From Ornithinimicrobium sp. (GTDB lineage: Bacteria > Actinomycetota > Actinomycetes > Actinomycetales > Dermatophilaceae), in NCBI RefSeq assembly GCF_035267225.1, contig NZ_DATFMA010000052.1, positions 18,797 to 82,796 of the forward strand: a DNA stretch of 64,000 nucleotides, written 5' to 3'. This document shows, piece after piece, positions 28,333 through 37,862 of the stretch. The notes below the pieces were generated by a model. That model saw only the letters and a list, made by a program, of their open reading frames with translations. It made no database searches and was not told where the DNA came from. Position 1 is the stretch's first letter. Every line of letters starts with the position of its first letter. The position numbers and the translations under genes are program-made.

Positions 28333-28393
28333 CCGGTCCCCGGCGCGGGTCGGGGCAGGCCATCGTCGTGCCGTTCGCCCACCCAACGAACTC

Positions 28394-28411
28394 TTTCGAT
28401 TGTCGTAATAT
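28394..28411 (+). promoter_or_regulatory. Imperfect palindrome TTTCGA-TTG-TCGTAA overlapping a TAATAT -10 box of a leaderless mmpL transcript
   Basis: TAATAT at 28406-28411 lies 6 nt before GTG 28418; one mismatch between the arms. Confidence 0.55.
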
Positions 28412-28417
28412 TCTGCC

Positions 28418-30529
28418 GTGCTGAAGCTCGCCGACACGATCACCTCCCGCGTCTCGTCGCGCGTCGTCGCGGTGGTGGCGATCCTGTTGGCGGTCGGCGT
28501 CCTGGTCGGGGTCGGTCCCGGCGAGCGGTCACCGTCGCCGACCGACACCCTGGCGCAGGGCTACGGCAACACCGAGGGGGTGGAGCTCCTCGACCAGCTG
28601 CCGGCCGACGACACCACCACCGCCATCGCACTGTTCACGGTCCAGGACGAGGACATCACCGCCCGGCTCGGAACGCTGCAGCAGGTCGTCGACAGCCTGA
28701 CGACCACGCAGGGAGAGGAGTACCCCTCCGCCCAGGTCGTCCCGTCGGACGACGGCACCGCCGCGATCGCGGTGCTCACCGTGCCCTCGGCCACTGCCAC
28801 GGACACCTCCGCCGAGGTCACCGCCCTGCGCGACACCCTCGACGAGGAGGCCCCGGAGGCGGTGACCGCCGCGGTGACCGGACCCGCCGCGATCGAGGCC
28901 GACCTCGCTGCCGTCTTCGAGGGCGCGAACTTCACGCTCCTGCTCACCACGGCCTCCGTGGTGGCCGTTCTGCTGCTCGTCACCTACCGCAGCCCCACCC
29001 TGTGGCTGATTCCGCTGACGGTCATCGGCCTGGGCGACGTGTTCGCCTCCACCGCGGCCACCCGTGTGCTCGAGGTCGCGGGTGTGCCGTGGGACGAGTC
29101 GACCACGGGCATCCTGTCCGTCCTCGTCTTCGGGGCCGGCACCGACTATGCGCTGCTGCTCATCTCGCGGTACCGCGACGAGCTCAAGCGGCACGAGAGC
29201 CGGCACGAGGCCATGGCCTTGGCGCTTCGACGCACCTCCGAAGCGGTCTTCGCCAGCTCATCGACCGTGTTCCTCGGTCTGCTGACCCTGCTGTTGTCAG
29301 TCTTCCCCACCACGCGGGGTCTGGGCCTGGCGTGTGCGGTCGGCATCGTGATCGCGGCCGGGTTCGCGCTGGTCCTACTGCCGGCCGTGCTGGTCCAGTT
29401 CGGTCGGTGGGTGTTCTGGCCGCTCGTGCCCCGGGTGGGGCAGGCCGCCCTGGCCGACGGCACCTCCATCTGGAAGCGGGTCGGCAACGCCGTCGACAAG
29501 CGCCCGCCCCTGTTCATCGCCGCGACGGTGGTGGTGCTGGCCCTGGCGGCTGCCGGCGCCACGCGGATCGACCTCGGGCTGCCCACGAACGAACAGTTCC
29601 TCCAGGAGCCCGAGGCCATCAGCGCCGCCGAGCGTCTGGGGGAGTCGTTTCCGGCGGGGAGCGCAGACCCCACGACCATCGTCACCGACACGACCGACGA
29701 GCAACGGCTGGGCCAGATCCAGAGCGCGGTCGAGAGCGTCGACGTGGTGGAGTCGGTGCGTCCGGGCCAACAGGAGGCAGGGATCACGACCTTCCAGGCC
29801 GTGCTCTCCGTGGCACCGAGCACCAGCGGGGGTGAGCAGGCGGTGAAGGACCTGCGCAGCGCACTGGAGGACCAGCCGCGGACGTACGTGACCGGCGCCG
29901 ATGCCGAGGCGCTCGACACCGACGAGGGAACGGCGCGCGACCGGGTGCTCATCCTTCCGCTGATCCTCGGTCTCGTGTTGGTGGCCTTGTTCGGGCTGCT
30001 GCGCTCGTTCCTCGCCCCGGTCATCCTCGTGTCGACCGTGCTGTTGACCTACCTGTCCGCCCTGGGCATCTCCTGGCTGCTCTTCACCACCGTCTTCGGC
30101 TTCAGCGGGCTCGACTCCGGGGTCCCGCTGCTGGCGTTCCTGTTCCTGGTGGCGCTGGGCGTCGACTACAACATCTTCCTCATTACCCGTGCGCTCGAGG
30201 AGAGTGCCGTAGTCGGCGCCCGGGACGGGATCCTCCGCGGGCTGGCGGCCACCGGCGGGGTCATCACCAGTGCGGGCATCCTGCTGGCCGCCGTCTTCGC
30301 CGCACTGGGCGTCCTCCCGCTGGTGGTGCTGGCTCAGCTGGGGGTGGTCATCTTCGTCGGGGTGCTCATCGATACCCTGGTGGTCAGGACGGTGTTGGTG
30401 CCGGCCATCGTGCTGACCCTGGGCGAGACCTTCTACTGGCCTCGACGGCTGCGGCGGGGCAAGCACACCGAAGAAGCCGTCCGGGACGCCGACGATGAGC
30501 ACGACGAGGTCCGCCCGGCACAGAGATGA
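28418..30529 (+). CDS. mmpL: MMPL family (RND) transporter
   Basis: VTGPAAIEADL, GAGTDYALLLISRYRDE, ALGVDYNIFL, TGGVITSAG, DTLVVRTVLVPA. Confidence 0.92.
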   Translation: MLKLADTITSRVSSRVVAVVAILLAVGVLVGVGPGERSPSPTDTLAQGYGNTEGVELLDQLPADDTTTAIALFTVQDEDITARLGTLQQVVDSLTTTQGEEYPSAQVVPSDDGTAAIAVLTVPSATATDTSAEVTALRDTLDEEAPEAVTAAVTGPAAIEADLAAVFEGANFTLLLTTASVVAVLLLVTYRSPTLWLIPLTVIGLGDVFASTAATRVLEVAGVPWDESTTGILSVLVFGAGTDYALLLISRYRDELKRHESRHEAMALALRRTSEAVFASSSTVFLGLLTLLLSVFPTTRGLGLACAVGIVIAAGFALVLLPAVLVQFGRWVFWPLVPRVGQAALADGTSIWKRVGNAVDKRPPLFIAATVVVLALAAAGATRIDLGLPTNEQFLQEPEAISAAERLGESFPAGSADPTTIVTDTTDEQRLGQIQSAVESVDVVESVRPGQQEAGITTFQAVLSVAPSTSGGEQAVKDLRSALEDQPRTYVTGADAEALDTDEGTARDRVLILPLILGLVLVALFGLLRSFLAPVILVSTVLLTYLSALGISWLLFTTVFGFSGLDSGVPLLAFLFLVALGVDYNIFLITRALEESAVVGARDGILRGLAATGGVITSAGILLAAVFAALGVLPLVVLAQLGVVIFVGVLIDTLVVRTVLVPAIVLTLGETFYWPRRLRRGKHTEEAVRDADDEHDEVRPAQR

Positions 30530-30541
30530 AGGAGCTCGATC

Positions 30542-31474
30542 GTGGTGACCGATGCCATGCGCCATCAGGTGCGACGGGCCAGCGGATCGGTCCAGGTCAT
30601 GATCGGTCAGGCTTTGCGGGCCAAGGTGGCCGGCGAGGATGCCCCCCATCGGGCCCAGCGCATCTGGGGAGCGGAGGGCGAGCGCTGGTTCACCCGCGAG
30701 GACCCGGTCTGGCGAGTGCATGCCGATGCCGCCATGTTCCCCGCCGGGGTCACCGCCCTGCTCATGCAGATGCTGCACCCGATGGCGATGGCGGGAGTGG
30801 CCGGCCACAGCGGCTACAAGGGCGACCCGTGGGGACGGTTGCAACGCACCAGCAACTACCTGGCCACCACGACTTTCGGGACCGTGACCGATGCCGAGGA
30901 GATGATCGCCCACGTCCGCAGCATCCACGCGCGGGTGCGTGGCCGTGACGCTCACGGGCGGCCCTACCGCGCGAGCGACCCGCACCTGCTCATGTGGGTG
31001 CACATCGCGGAGATCGACGCCTTTCTGCGGGGCTTTCAGGCCTACGCCGCCGCGCCGCTGACCGACGCCGAGGCTGACACCTACGTCCGGCAGGCCGCGG
31101 TGTCCGCACGCCGGCTCGGTGTGGTCGAGCCGCCCCAGACCGTCGCGGAGCTGCGAGCCGAGCTGGAGTCGTTCCGTCCCGAGATGGAGACCACGCCCGC
31201 CGCGCGCGAGGCGGCGCGGTTCCTGCTTCTCTCCCCGCCCCTGCCGTGGGCCGCCCGGCCGGGCTATGGCGCTCTGGCCGCGGGCGGAGTGGCTCTGCTG
31301 CCCGTGTGGGCGCGCGAGATGCTGGGCCTGCCTCTGCCCGAGGTCGTGGCCCGCTGGGTGGCGCACCCGCTGGGTCAGGTCGGGACCTCCACCGTGCGGT
31401 GGGCGATGGCCGGGCTCGAACGCACCCGAGCCGCCGAGATCGCACCGGGCGCCGCGGAGCAAGAGGCCTCCTGA
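30542..31474 (+). CDS. MpaB/DUF2236 (Lcp-related) oxygenase-fold protein
   Basis: WRVHAD, LLMQMLHP, RLQRT, VRSIHARVRG, YRASDPHLLMWVH. Confidence 0.85.
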   Translation: MVTDAMRHQVRRASGSVQVMIGQALRAKVAGEDAPHRAQRIWGAEGERWFTREDPVWRVHADAAMFPAGVTALLMQMLHPMAMAGVAGHSGYKGDPWGRLQRTSNYLATTTFGTVTDAEEMIAHVRSIHARVRGRDAHGRPYRASDPHLLMWVHIAEIDAFLRGFQAYAAAPLTDAEADTYVRQAAVSARRLGVVEPPQTVAELRAELESFRPEMETTPAAREAARFLLLSPPLPWAARPGYGALAAGGVALLPVWAREMLGLPLPEVVARWVAHPLGQVGTSTVRWAMAGLERTRAAEIAPGAAEQEAS

Positions 31475-32772
31475 TGAGCCAGGAGGTGGTGCGGCCCTCG
31501 CACACCGACCACGCCCGAGGGGGCTTCGACGCCCAGGTCATCGTGGTCGGCGCCGGTATGTCCGGGCTCATGTGTGCCACCGTGCTCGAGTCGGCCGGGG
31601 TGGAGGTGCAGGTACTCGAAGCCGCCCCGGATGTCGGGGGCAGAATCACCACCGACGAGGTCGACGGCTTCCTGATGGACCGTGGCTTCCAGGTGCTCAA
31701 CCCCGCCTACCCGGCGGTCCAGGAGCACATCGACCTGACCGCACTCGGCATGCAGACCCTCGGCGCAGGCGTGGGGGTGCTGCGGGAGGACGGTCGTCGC
31801 GTCGTGCTGGCGGACCCGCTACGCGAGCCGGGGCACCTGCGCGACACCGTGACCAGCGGCTATCTGGCCCCCGCAGAGCTTCTCGCGCTGGCGCGCTGGG
31901 CGGGCCCCAGCCTGGGGCCGGTCGCGAACCTGACCCGTGGCCGGGATCTGCGACGGGGAGCCGCGATGGACCGTGCGGGCCTGACCGGCCCGTTGCGTCG
32001 CGTCGTCGACGGATTCCTGTCCGGAACGGTGCTGGAGGACGACGGCAGCACCTCGAACTCCTTCATCCGACTCCTGCTGCGTATGTTCGCCCTGGGCTCG
32101 CCCGGCCTTCCCCGACGCGGGATGCAGGCCCTGCCTCAGCAGCTGGCCGACGGTCTCGCCCGGCCGGTCCGGACCGGGGCCCGGGTCGACCAGGTGCGTG
32201 ACCTGGGCTCCGGGGCCGCCGTCGCGGTGGAGGGCAGCACGGCGCAGGCCGACCTCGTGGTGGTGGCGACGTCCGCCCCGGTCGCCGAGGAGCTTGTCGG
32301 CGTCCCGGTACCGGTGAGCAAGGGCGTCGTCACCGACTGGTTCACCATGGACGAGGCGCCGAGCCACCTGCCGATGCTGATCGTGGACGGACGCACCGCA
32401 GCCGGACCGATCAAGAACACCGCGGTCATCAGCGCGGGGGCTCCGTCCTACGCCCCCGCCGGACGGCCGCTGGTGCAGACGTCGGTCCTGCTGCCCGCCG
32501 GATCCCGCTCGCTCCCTCTCACCGATGTGCTGCGGCACGCGGGCGAGCTGTACGGCGTGGCGACGGACCGGTGGCAGCACGTGCATCGCCACGAGGTGCG
32601 GCATGCTCTGCCGGCCCAGCCACCGCCCCTGGCCACGAGGAAGCCGCTGCAGATCAGCGAGCGGGTGATCGTCTGCGGAGACCACCGCGACACCGCGTCG
32701 ATCCAGGGGGCGATGGTCAGTGGGAAGCGGGCCGCGCAAGGCTACCTGCGGCGGCATCCTCAGCGGCCCTGA
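31474..32772 (+). CDS. FAD-dependent oxidoreductase (amine oxidase / phytoene desaturase-like)
   Basis: VVGAGMSGL, GGRITTDEVDGFLMDRGFQV, CGDHRDTASIQGAMVSG; TGATG overlap with the upstream gene. Confidence 0.85.
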   Translation: MSQEVVRPSHTDHARGGFDAQVIVVGAGMSGLMCATVLESAGVEVQVLEAAPDVGGRITTDEVDGFLMDRGFQVLNPAYPAVQEHIDLTALGMQTLGAGVGVLREDGRRVVLADPLREPGHLRDTVTSGYLAPAELLALARWAGPSLGPVANLTRGRDLRRGAAMDRAGLTGPLRRVVDGFLSGTVLEDDGSTSNSFIRLLLRMFALGSPGLPRRGMQALPQQLADGLARPVRTGARVDQVRDLGSGAAVAVEGSTAQADLVVVATSAPVAEELVGVPVPVSKGVVTDWFTMDEAPSHLPMLIVDGRTAAGPIKNTAVISAGAPSYAPAGRPLVQTSVLLPAGSRSLPLTDVLRHAGELYGVATDRWQHVHRHEVRHALPAQPPPLATRKPLQISERVIVCGDHRDTASIQGAMVSGKRAAQGYLRRHPQRP

Positions 32773-34204
32773 CCAGCCCGCGGTGCATGGCGGCGAACGT
32801 CGGCTTGTGCCCCGCCCACAGTCCGCCCCAGTAGGTCAGGCCGGGAAGCCCGGCGGGGGTGAACTCGGCCTGCTGAGTGAGCACCGACTGCTGGGGCCGG
32901 GAGCCGGACTCGACCGACAGGATCATCCGCGCCACTCCGGGGGCCTTCATCCGCGAGCGCAGCCACACGCTCTCCCCGGGCCGCACCAGCTCCACCACCC
33001 ACGAGTCGACCTTCATTCCCTCGTGCAGCGGCCCTGGCTCGCGGCGGGCGACGTGGCCCTGGCCCCCCGCGGCTCGGTCCATGAGGCCACGCACGCGCCA
33101 CAGGAAGTCCGGGACGTGCCAGCCGTGCTCACCGCCGAGCTGCTCGATCTGGCTCCAGACCTGTTCGGGGGAGGCGTCGACGGTGGAGCGATGCTCGTCG
33201 ATGAAGACGGTCATCCCCGCCCACTGCGGGTCGGCGGCGCTGATGCGGCCCGGGTTCTCGGCGTCGACGTCGGGCCGTAGCGCGATCGGCTGAGGGCCGT
33301 CGAGCGCGCGCCTGATCGCTTCGTCGAAGCTGACGAACCCTCCCTCGGGATCAGGGATGTAGGTGGCGATGTCGTGCTCCTTGCAGATGACCTCGTGCAC
33401 CAGCGAGCCCACGAGGGGCTTGGCGATGCCGGAGGGGACCGGGGTGACCAGGCCGATCCAGTGGCTGGCCAGGCCGGGCGTCATCACCGGCAGCGTGCGG
33501 ACCCGCCGCTTGGCCAGCCGGGAGACGGCGGCGTACCGGTCGATCATGTCCTTGTAGGTCAGCACCTCGTTCGCACCGATGTCGAATCCGCGGTTCACCT
33601 CGCTCGGGAGCTCTGCTGCCTTGACCAGGTAGCGCAGCACGTCCTGGATGGCGATCGGCTGGATCCGCGTCGAGAGCCATTTCGGGGCGATCATGATGGG
33701 CAAGCGGTCGGTGAGGTGGCGCAGCATCTCGAACGAGGCCGAGCCCGCTCCGAGGATGACCGCCGCGCGGAGCACGGCGGTGGGCACCGCGGAGTCGAGG
33801 AAGACGTCCTCGACCTCCTTGCGGGAGCCCAAGTGGGTGGAGAGCTTCTCCCCGGGTGGGTAGAGGCCGCTGAGGTACACAATGCGCCGCACCCCCTGGG
33901 TCTCGGCGCATTGCGCGAAGGACTTCGCCAGGTTGCGGTCGCGCTCGACGAAGTCGCCGGAGCCGTCCATCGAGTGGATGAGGTAGTACGCGACCTCCAC
34001 CCCGGACATCGCCGAGCGCAGATCCTCCTCGTCGTCGGCGTTCCCTTCGGAGATCTCGACCTCGTCGTGCCATGGTCGGGACTCGACCTTCTCGGCGGTC
34101 CGGGTCAGGACCCGCACGGTCCACCCCTGCGCCAGCAGGGCGGGGACCAGTCGGGATCCGATGTACCCGGTGGCACCGGTCACGAGAGCGCGTCGTTCAG
34201 CCAC
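32717..34204 (-). CDS. Atypical SDR (NAD-dependent epimerase-like) with C-terminal DUF2867/SRPBCC-like domain (YbjT-like)
   Basis: LVTGATGYIG, YYLIHSM, HLGSRKEVE, LRAAVILGAGSASFEMLR, WRVRGLMD. Confidence 0.85.
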   Translation of the reverse strand: MAERRALVTGATGYIGSRLVPALLAQGWTVRVLTRTAEKVESRPWHDEVEISEGNADDEEDLRSAMSGVEVAYYLIHSMDGSGDFVERDRNLAKSFAQCAETQGVRRIVYLSGLYPPGEKLSTHLGSRKEVEDVFLDSAVPTAVLRAAVILGAGSASFEMLRHLTDRLPIMIAPKWLSTRIQPIAIQDVLRYLVKAAELPSEVNRGFDIGANEVLTYKDMIDRYAAVSRLAKRRVRTLPVMTPGLASHWIGLVTPVPSGIAKPLVGSLVHEVICKEHDIATYIPDPEGGFVSFDEAIRRALDGPQPIALRPDVDAENPGRISAADPQWAGMTVFIDEHRSTVDASPEQVWSQIEQLGGEHGWHVPDFLWRVRGLMDRAAGGQGHVARREPGPLHEGMKVDSWVVELVRPGESVWLRSRMKAPGVARMILSVESGSRPQQSVLTQQAEFTPAGLPGLTYWGGLWAGHKPTFAAMHRGLVRAAEDAAAGSLARPASH

Positions 34205-34225
34205 AGAGGCTCCTTGGTTGGTGGT

Positions 34226-35020
34226 TCATGACATCGGGGTGAGGGCCATCAGCAACGGCGGCAGAATGAACAACATGGACATCGACCACACCAGGTGGGT
34301 GATGATCGGGCCGAGAACCCCGCCGGTGACGCGTCGCTGGAGCCCTACCATCGTGCCGAGGACGACGGCGGCGAAGACCAGCATGAGGTTGCCAGTGCTG
34401 ATGGTCACCAGGCCGTAGAGGGCGGTGGAGATCTCCACCGGGTGTTTGCGCCCGATCGCCGCGAAGGCGGCCCCGCGGAAGAACAGCTCCTCGGCCAGCC
34501 CGTTGATCAGGGTGATGCTGGCCACGAGGGCGATCGGGGCGGCGCGAGCGTAGTCGAGGACGTCGTTCACCGGATCGCGCAGAAAGGCGAACTGGGCGAC
34601 GATCACCGCTCCCAGGCAGAAGACGGTGACGGCGAAGACGCCGAGCAGGAACGGCTGGAGCACCGGGCGAGCGTGCCGTTCGCCCATTCGCGTGTGGGCC
34701 CACCCCAGGTGCAGCGGGCCGGAGGCGAACGCCCCCACCGTCCAGACGCCGGCCAGGGCCGCCGTGGCGATGTAGAAGCTGATGTCACCCGGCTCCCGGG
34801 TCAGCCCGTAGCCCAAGAGGAACGAGCCCGCGAACAGCGTGCAGAGGACCACGATCCGCCGCCGGCGGAACTGGGCGTCGGTCTGCGAGTGGTCCCGGGG
34901 GACGGGCGTGACCAGCGCGGCGCGCAGAAACCGCAGAAGCTCCTTGGGGCTGTTGCTCGGCCGGTCGGGCAGCATGTCCTGCTCGGTGTCGGGCTCCTGT
35001 CCCGGTGGCGGCGCGGTCAT
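34226..35020 (-). CDS. CPBP family intramembrane glutamic endopeptidase
   Basis: AEELFFRG motif and C-terminal ITHLVW. Confidence 0.85.
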   Translation of the reverse strand: MTAPPPGQEPDTEQDMLPDRPSNSPKELLRFLRAALVTPVPRDHSQTDAQFRRRRIVVLCTLFAGSFLLGYGLTREPGDISFYIATAALAGVWTVGAFASGPLHLGWAHTRMGERHARPVLQPFLLGVFAVTVFCLGAVIVAQFAFLRDPVNDVLDYARAAPIALVASITLINGLAEELFFRGAAFAAIGRKHPVEISTALYGLVTISTGNLMLVFAAVVLGTMVGLQRRVTGGVLGPIITHLVWSMSMLFILPPLLMALTPMS

Positions 35021-35029
35021 CGGGGTGCC

Positions 35030-35575
35030 CTAGCGAGCGTCCGCGGCGGCGTTGGCCTCGGAGGTCGCACCCGCGTGCGTCAGCTGACCCCCGATGTCCT
35101 CCAGATGGGCGCGGATGAACCACTGGAACTTCTCCAGCTCCGCGGTGTGGCCGATCAGGATGTCCTCGGTGACCGGATCCAGGTCGCCGAGGAGGGCGAT
35201 GGCCTTGCGGTGGTCGGTGAGCAGACCGACGTAGACCAGGTCCAGCGCGGCCAGGTGGGCCAGCACACCGTCCCGCCCGATCGAGTAGTCGTCCCAGGTA
35301 CGGTCGGCTTCGATGGCTCCGGTGGTGCCCTGCGGTGAGCCACCCATCGTGGCGATGCGTTCGGCCACCTCGTCGGCGTAGCCGCGCACCAGATCGACCT
35401 GGGGGTCGAGCATCTCGTGGACGGCGATGAAGTGCGGGCCGACCACGTTCCAGTGCACGTGCTTCAGGGTCAGGTGCAGGTCGTTGTAGGCCGACAAGCG
35501 GTTCTGCAGGAGGCCGACGACGGTGCCGCTCTGCTCGTGGTCCAACCCCGGCACGGTGTAGGTGATCTCGGCCAT
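35030..35575 (-). CDS. dps: DNA starvation/stationary phase protection protein Dps
   Basis: LKHVHWNVVGPHFIAVHEMLD, DEVAERI, ELEKFQWFIRAH. Confidence 0.95.
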   Translation of the reverse strand: MAEITYTVPGLDHEQSGTVVGLLQNRLSAYNDLHLTLKHVHWNVVGPHFIAVHEMLDPQVDLVRGYADEVAERIATMGGSPQGTTGAIEADRTWDDYSIGRDGVLAHLAALDLVYVGLLTDHRKAIALLGDLDPVTEDILIGHTAELEKFQWFIRAHLEDIGGQLTHAGATSEANAAADAR

Positions 35576-35687
35576 GGCCCTGTCTGCTCCCTCTCCGGGT
35601 CGACGTATGGTGGTGGGTCCGACGGTACTCCCCGGTGCCGACGTCGATCATGGGACCCCTTGAGCGCCGCAGATGTGGAGGGACCTC

Positions 35688-36224
35688 GTGGCTGAGCAGC
35701 CAGTGCCGCCCCCGGAGTCGGTGTGGGACTACCCACGCCCGCCCGACGTCGTGCCCAGCGCCGAGCTGGTCGAGGTCCATCACGCCGGCCGGTGCATCGC
35801 GAGCACCTCGAGGAGCCTGCGAGTGCGGGAGACCTCGCATCCACCGACCTACTACCTCCCGGCACAGGCGTTCTCCCCGGGGGTGCTTCGTGCGGTTCCG
35901 GGTACGACGTTCTGTGAGTTCAAAGGCGTCGCGCACTACTTCGACCTCGTGGTCATCGAGTCCGGTGACGGTAGGACGGTCGGGCCGGCCGAGCGCGCTG
36001 CCGGCTCGGAGCGGGTCGCCGCCCGAGCCGCCTGGCACTACCCCCGGACGACGCCCGGCTTCGAGGCGCTACGTGGCCATGTCGCGGTGATGTCGGGAGC
36101 CGTAGACGCCTGCTACGTCGACGGCGAGCGCGTCCAGCCTCAGGACGGCTCGTTCTACGGCGGGTGGATCACCTCCCGCGTCGCCGGTCCGTTCAAGGGA
36201 GCGCCCGGGACGCGCGGGTGGTGA
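35688..36224 (+). CDS. DUF427 domain protein
   Basis: ESVWDYPRPP, ETSHPPTYY, TFCEFKG, FYGGWIT, GPFKG; GGAGG SD. Confidence 0.9.
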   Translation: MAEQPVPPPESVWDYPRPPDVVPSAELVEVHHAGRCIASTSRSLRVRETSHPPTYYLPAQAFSPGVLRAVPGTTFCEFKGVAHYFDLVVIESGDGRTVGPAERAAGSERVAARAAWHYPRTTPGFEALRGHVAVMSGAVDACYVDGERVQPQDGSFYGGWITSRVAGPFKGAPGTRGW

Positions 36225-36231
36225 GGCGCTG

Positions 36232-37737
36232 ATGTCGCCTGCCGGTCACGTGCGGCTGGTGTTCCCGCATCAGCTCTTCCTCGAGCACCTCGAGGCGCCC
36301 CGGGGCACGGTGTTCGTGCTGGTCGAGGACGACCTGTTCTTCCGGCAGTACTCCTTCCACGCCCAGAAGCTCATCCTGCACCGCGCCTCCATGCGGCGTT
36401 TCGCGGCTCGGCTCGGGGACGCGGGCTTCGGCGTCCACGTCGTCGAGAGCGACGCGGAGCGCTCAAGTGGCCAGCGGTGGCAGGAGCTGGTGGCCGAGCT
36501 GGATCCGCAGCGGGTCACGCTGTTCGACCCGGTCGACGACTGGCTCTCCCGGCGGACTCGCGCGATCCTCGATCGGCTGCGGCGACGCACGACCACGCGC
36601 TTGGAGTTCACCGTCGGCGAGGACGTGCTGGAGTCGCCGAACTTCCTCACCACCCGGGCCGAGCTGCGCCAGTGGTTCGCCGAGAACTCGGCGCGCATGC
36701 AGCACTTTTACTCCTGGCAGCGCCAGCGCCTCGGTATCCTTGTCGACGGGGACCAGCCGGTCGGCGGTCAGTGGTCGTTCGACACCGAGAACCGCAAGAA
36801 GCTGCCGAAGGAGCACCCTGTGCCGGCGGTGAGCCTCCCCGGACGCGCGCAGGAGGTCACCGACGCGATCGCCTGGGTGAAGCAGGAGTTCCCGGATGCT
36901 CCTGGCGAGCCCGACGCCTTCGCCTGGCCGACCTGCCACGAGGAGGCAGAAGAGGCATTCGGGCAGTTCCTCGACGAGCGGTTCGCCGAGTTCGGCCCGT
37001 ACGAGGACGCCATGAGCACCGAGCACCGGTTCGTCTTCCACGCCGTCCTCACCCCCGGGCTCAACATCGGGCTGGTCGACCCTCGCTCGGTGGTGGACCA
37101 GGCGCTGGCCGCCGCGGAGGAGCAGGACATCGCCTTGGCCTCGCTCGAAGGGTTCGTGCGTCAGGTCATCGGCTGGCGGGAGTACATGCGCGCCACCTAC
37201 GTCCTGTGGGGCGCGCAGATGCGCACGTCCAACGCGCTGGAGCACTCTCGCTCGCTGGCGCCAGGGTGGTGGCACACCGACGTGGGCCTGCCCCCGGTGG
37301 ACCACGTCCTGCGCTCGGTGGAGCAGACGGCGTACGCGCACCACATCGAGAGGCTCATGGTCTTCGGCAACCTCATGTGCCTGCTGCGGACCGATCCGAC
37401 CGCCGTCTACGAGTGGTTCATGGAGATGTTCATCGACGCCTACGACTGGGTGATGGTGCCGAACGTCTACGGCATGAGCCAGTTCGCTGCCGGCGAGGCG
37501 ATCACCACCAAGCCCTACGTCTCCGGGAGCAACTACCTGCGCAAGATGTCCGACTTCGGCTCCGGCGAGTGGACCGCCTCCTGGGACGGGCTCTACTGGA
37601 GCTTCGTGGCCGACCACCGGGAGGTTTTCGAGGCGAACTTCCGCTCACGCATGATGACCCGCATGTGGGACGGGATGGACGAGGACAAGCAGGCCGAGCA
37701 CCGTCGTCAGGCTGACCGCTGGCTCGGTTCCCGGTAG
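36232..37737 (+). CDS. Bacterial cryptochrome/(6-4) photolyase (PhrB-like), Fe-S-less subtype
   Basis: LVFPHQLF, HAQKL, GGQWSFDTENR, FGPYEDAM, EGFVRQVIGWRE, YAHHIERLM, KPYVSGSNYLRKMSD; no Fe-S cysteines. Confidence 0.88.
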   Translation: MSPAGHVRLVFPHQLFLEHLEAPRGTVFVLVEDDLFFRQYSFHAQKLILHRASMRRFAARLGDAGFGVHVVESDAERSSGQRWQELVAELDPQRVTLFDPVDDWLSRRTRAILDRLRRRTTTRLEFTVGEDVLESPNFLTTRAELRQWFAENSARMQHFYSWQRQRLGILVDGDQPVGGQWSFDTENRKKLPKEHPVPAVSLPGRAQEVTDAIAWVKQEFPDAPGEPDAFAWPTCHEEAEEAFGQFLDERFAEFGPYEDAMSTEHRFVFHAVLTPGLNIGLVDPRSVVDQALAAAEEQDIALASLEGFVRQVIGWREYMRATYVLWGAQMRTSNALEHSRSLAPGWWHTDVGLPPVDHVLRSVEQTAYAHHIERLMVFGNLMCLLRTDPTAVYEWFMEMFIDAYDWVMVPNVYGMSQFAAGEAITTKPYVSGSNYLRKMSDFGSGEWTASWDGLYWSFVADHREVFEANFRSRMMTRMWDGMDEDKQAEHRRQADRWLGSR

Positions 37738-37794
37738 CGTCCCGGCCCCCCGAACGATGTCGGACCGCAGACCCCGTACCCTGGGACGTTGGTG

Positions 37795-37862
37795 GGCAGG
37801 CAGGGTCGACCATGCTGGTCTAGGCATGCCGGTGTCCCTGCCGGTTGTCGACCCTGCCTGCC
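37795..37862. repeat. Perfect 16-bp inverted repeat enclosing two small hairpins
   Basis: GGCAGGCAGGGTCGAC (37795-37810) and GTCGACCCTGCCTGCC (37847-37862), 36-nt spacer. Confidence 0.85.

Noticed and set aside
3217-30529. GAP protein, enoyl-reductase-like protein and MMPL as a mycobacterial-style glycolipid cluster
   Set aside because: The genes are scattered over 27 kb with no PKS, NRPS or acyltransferase among them.
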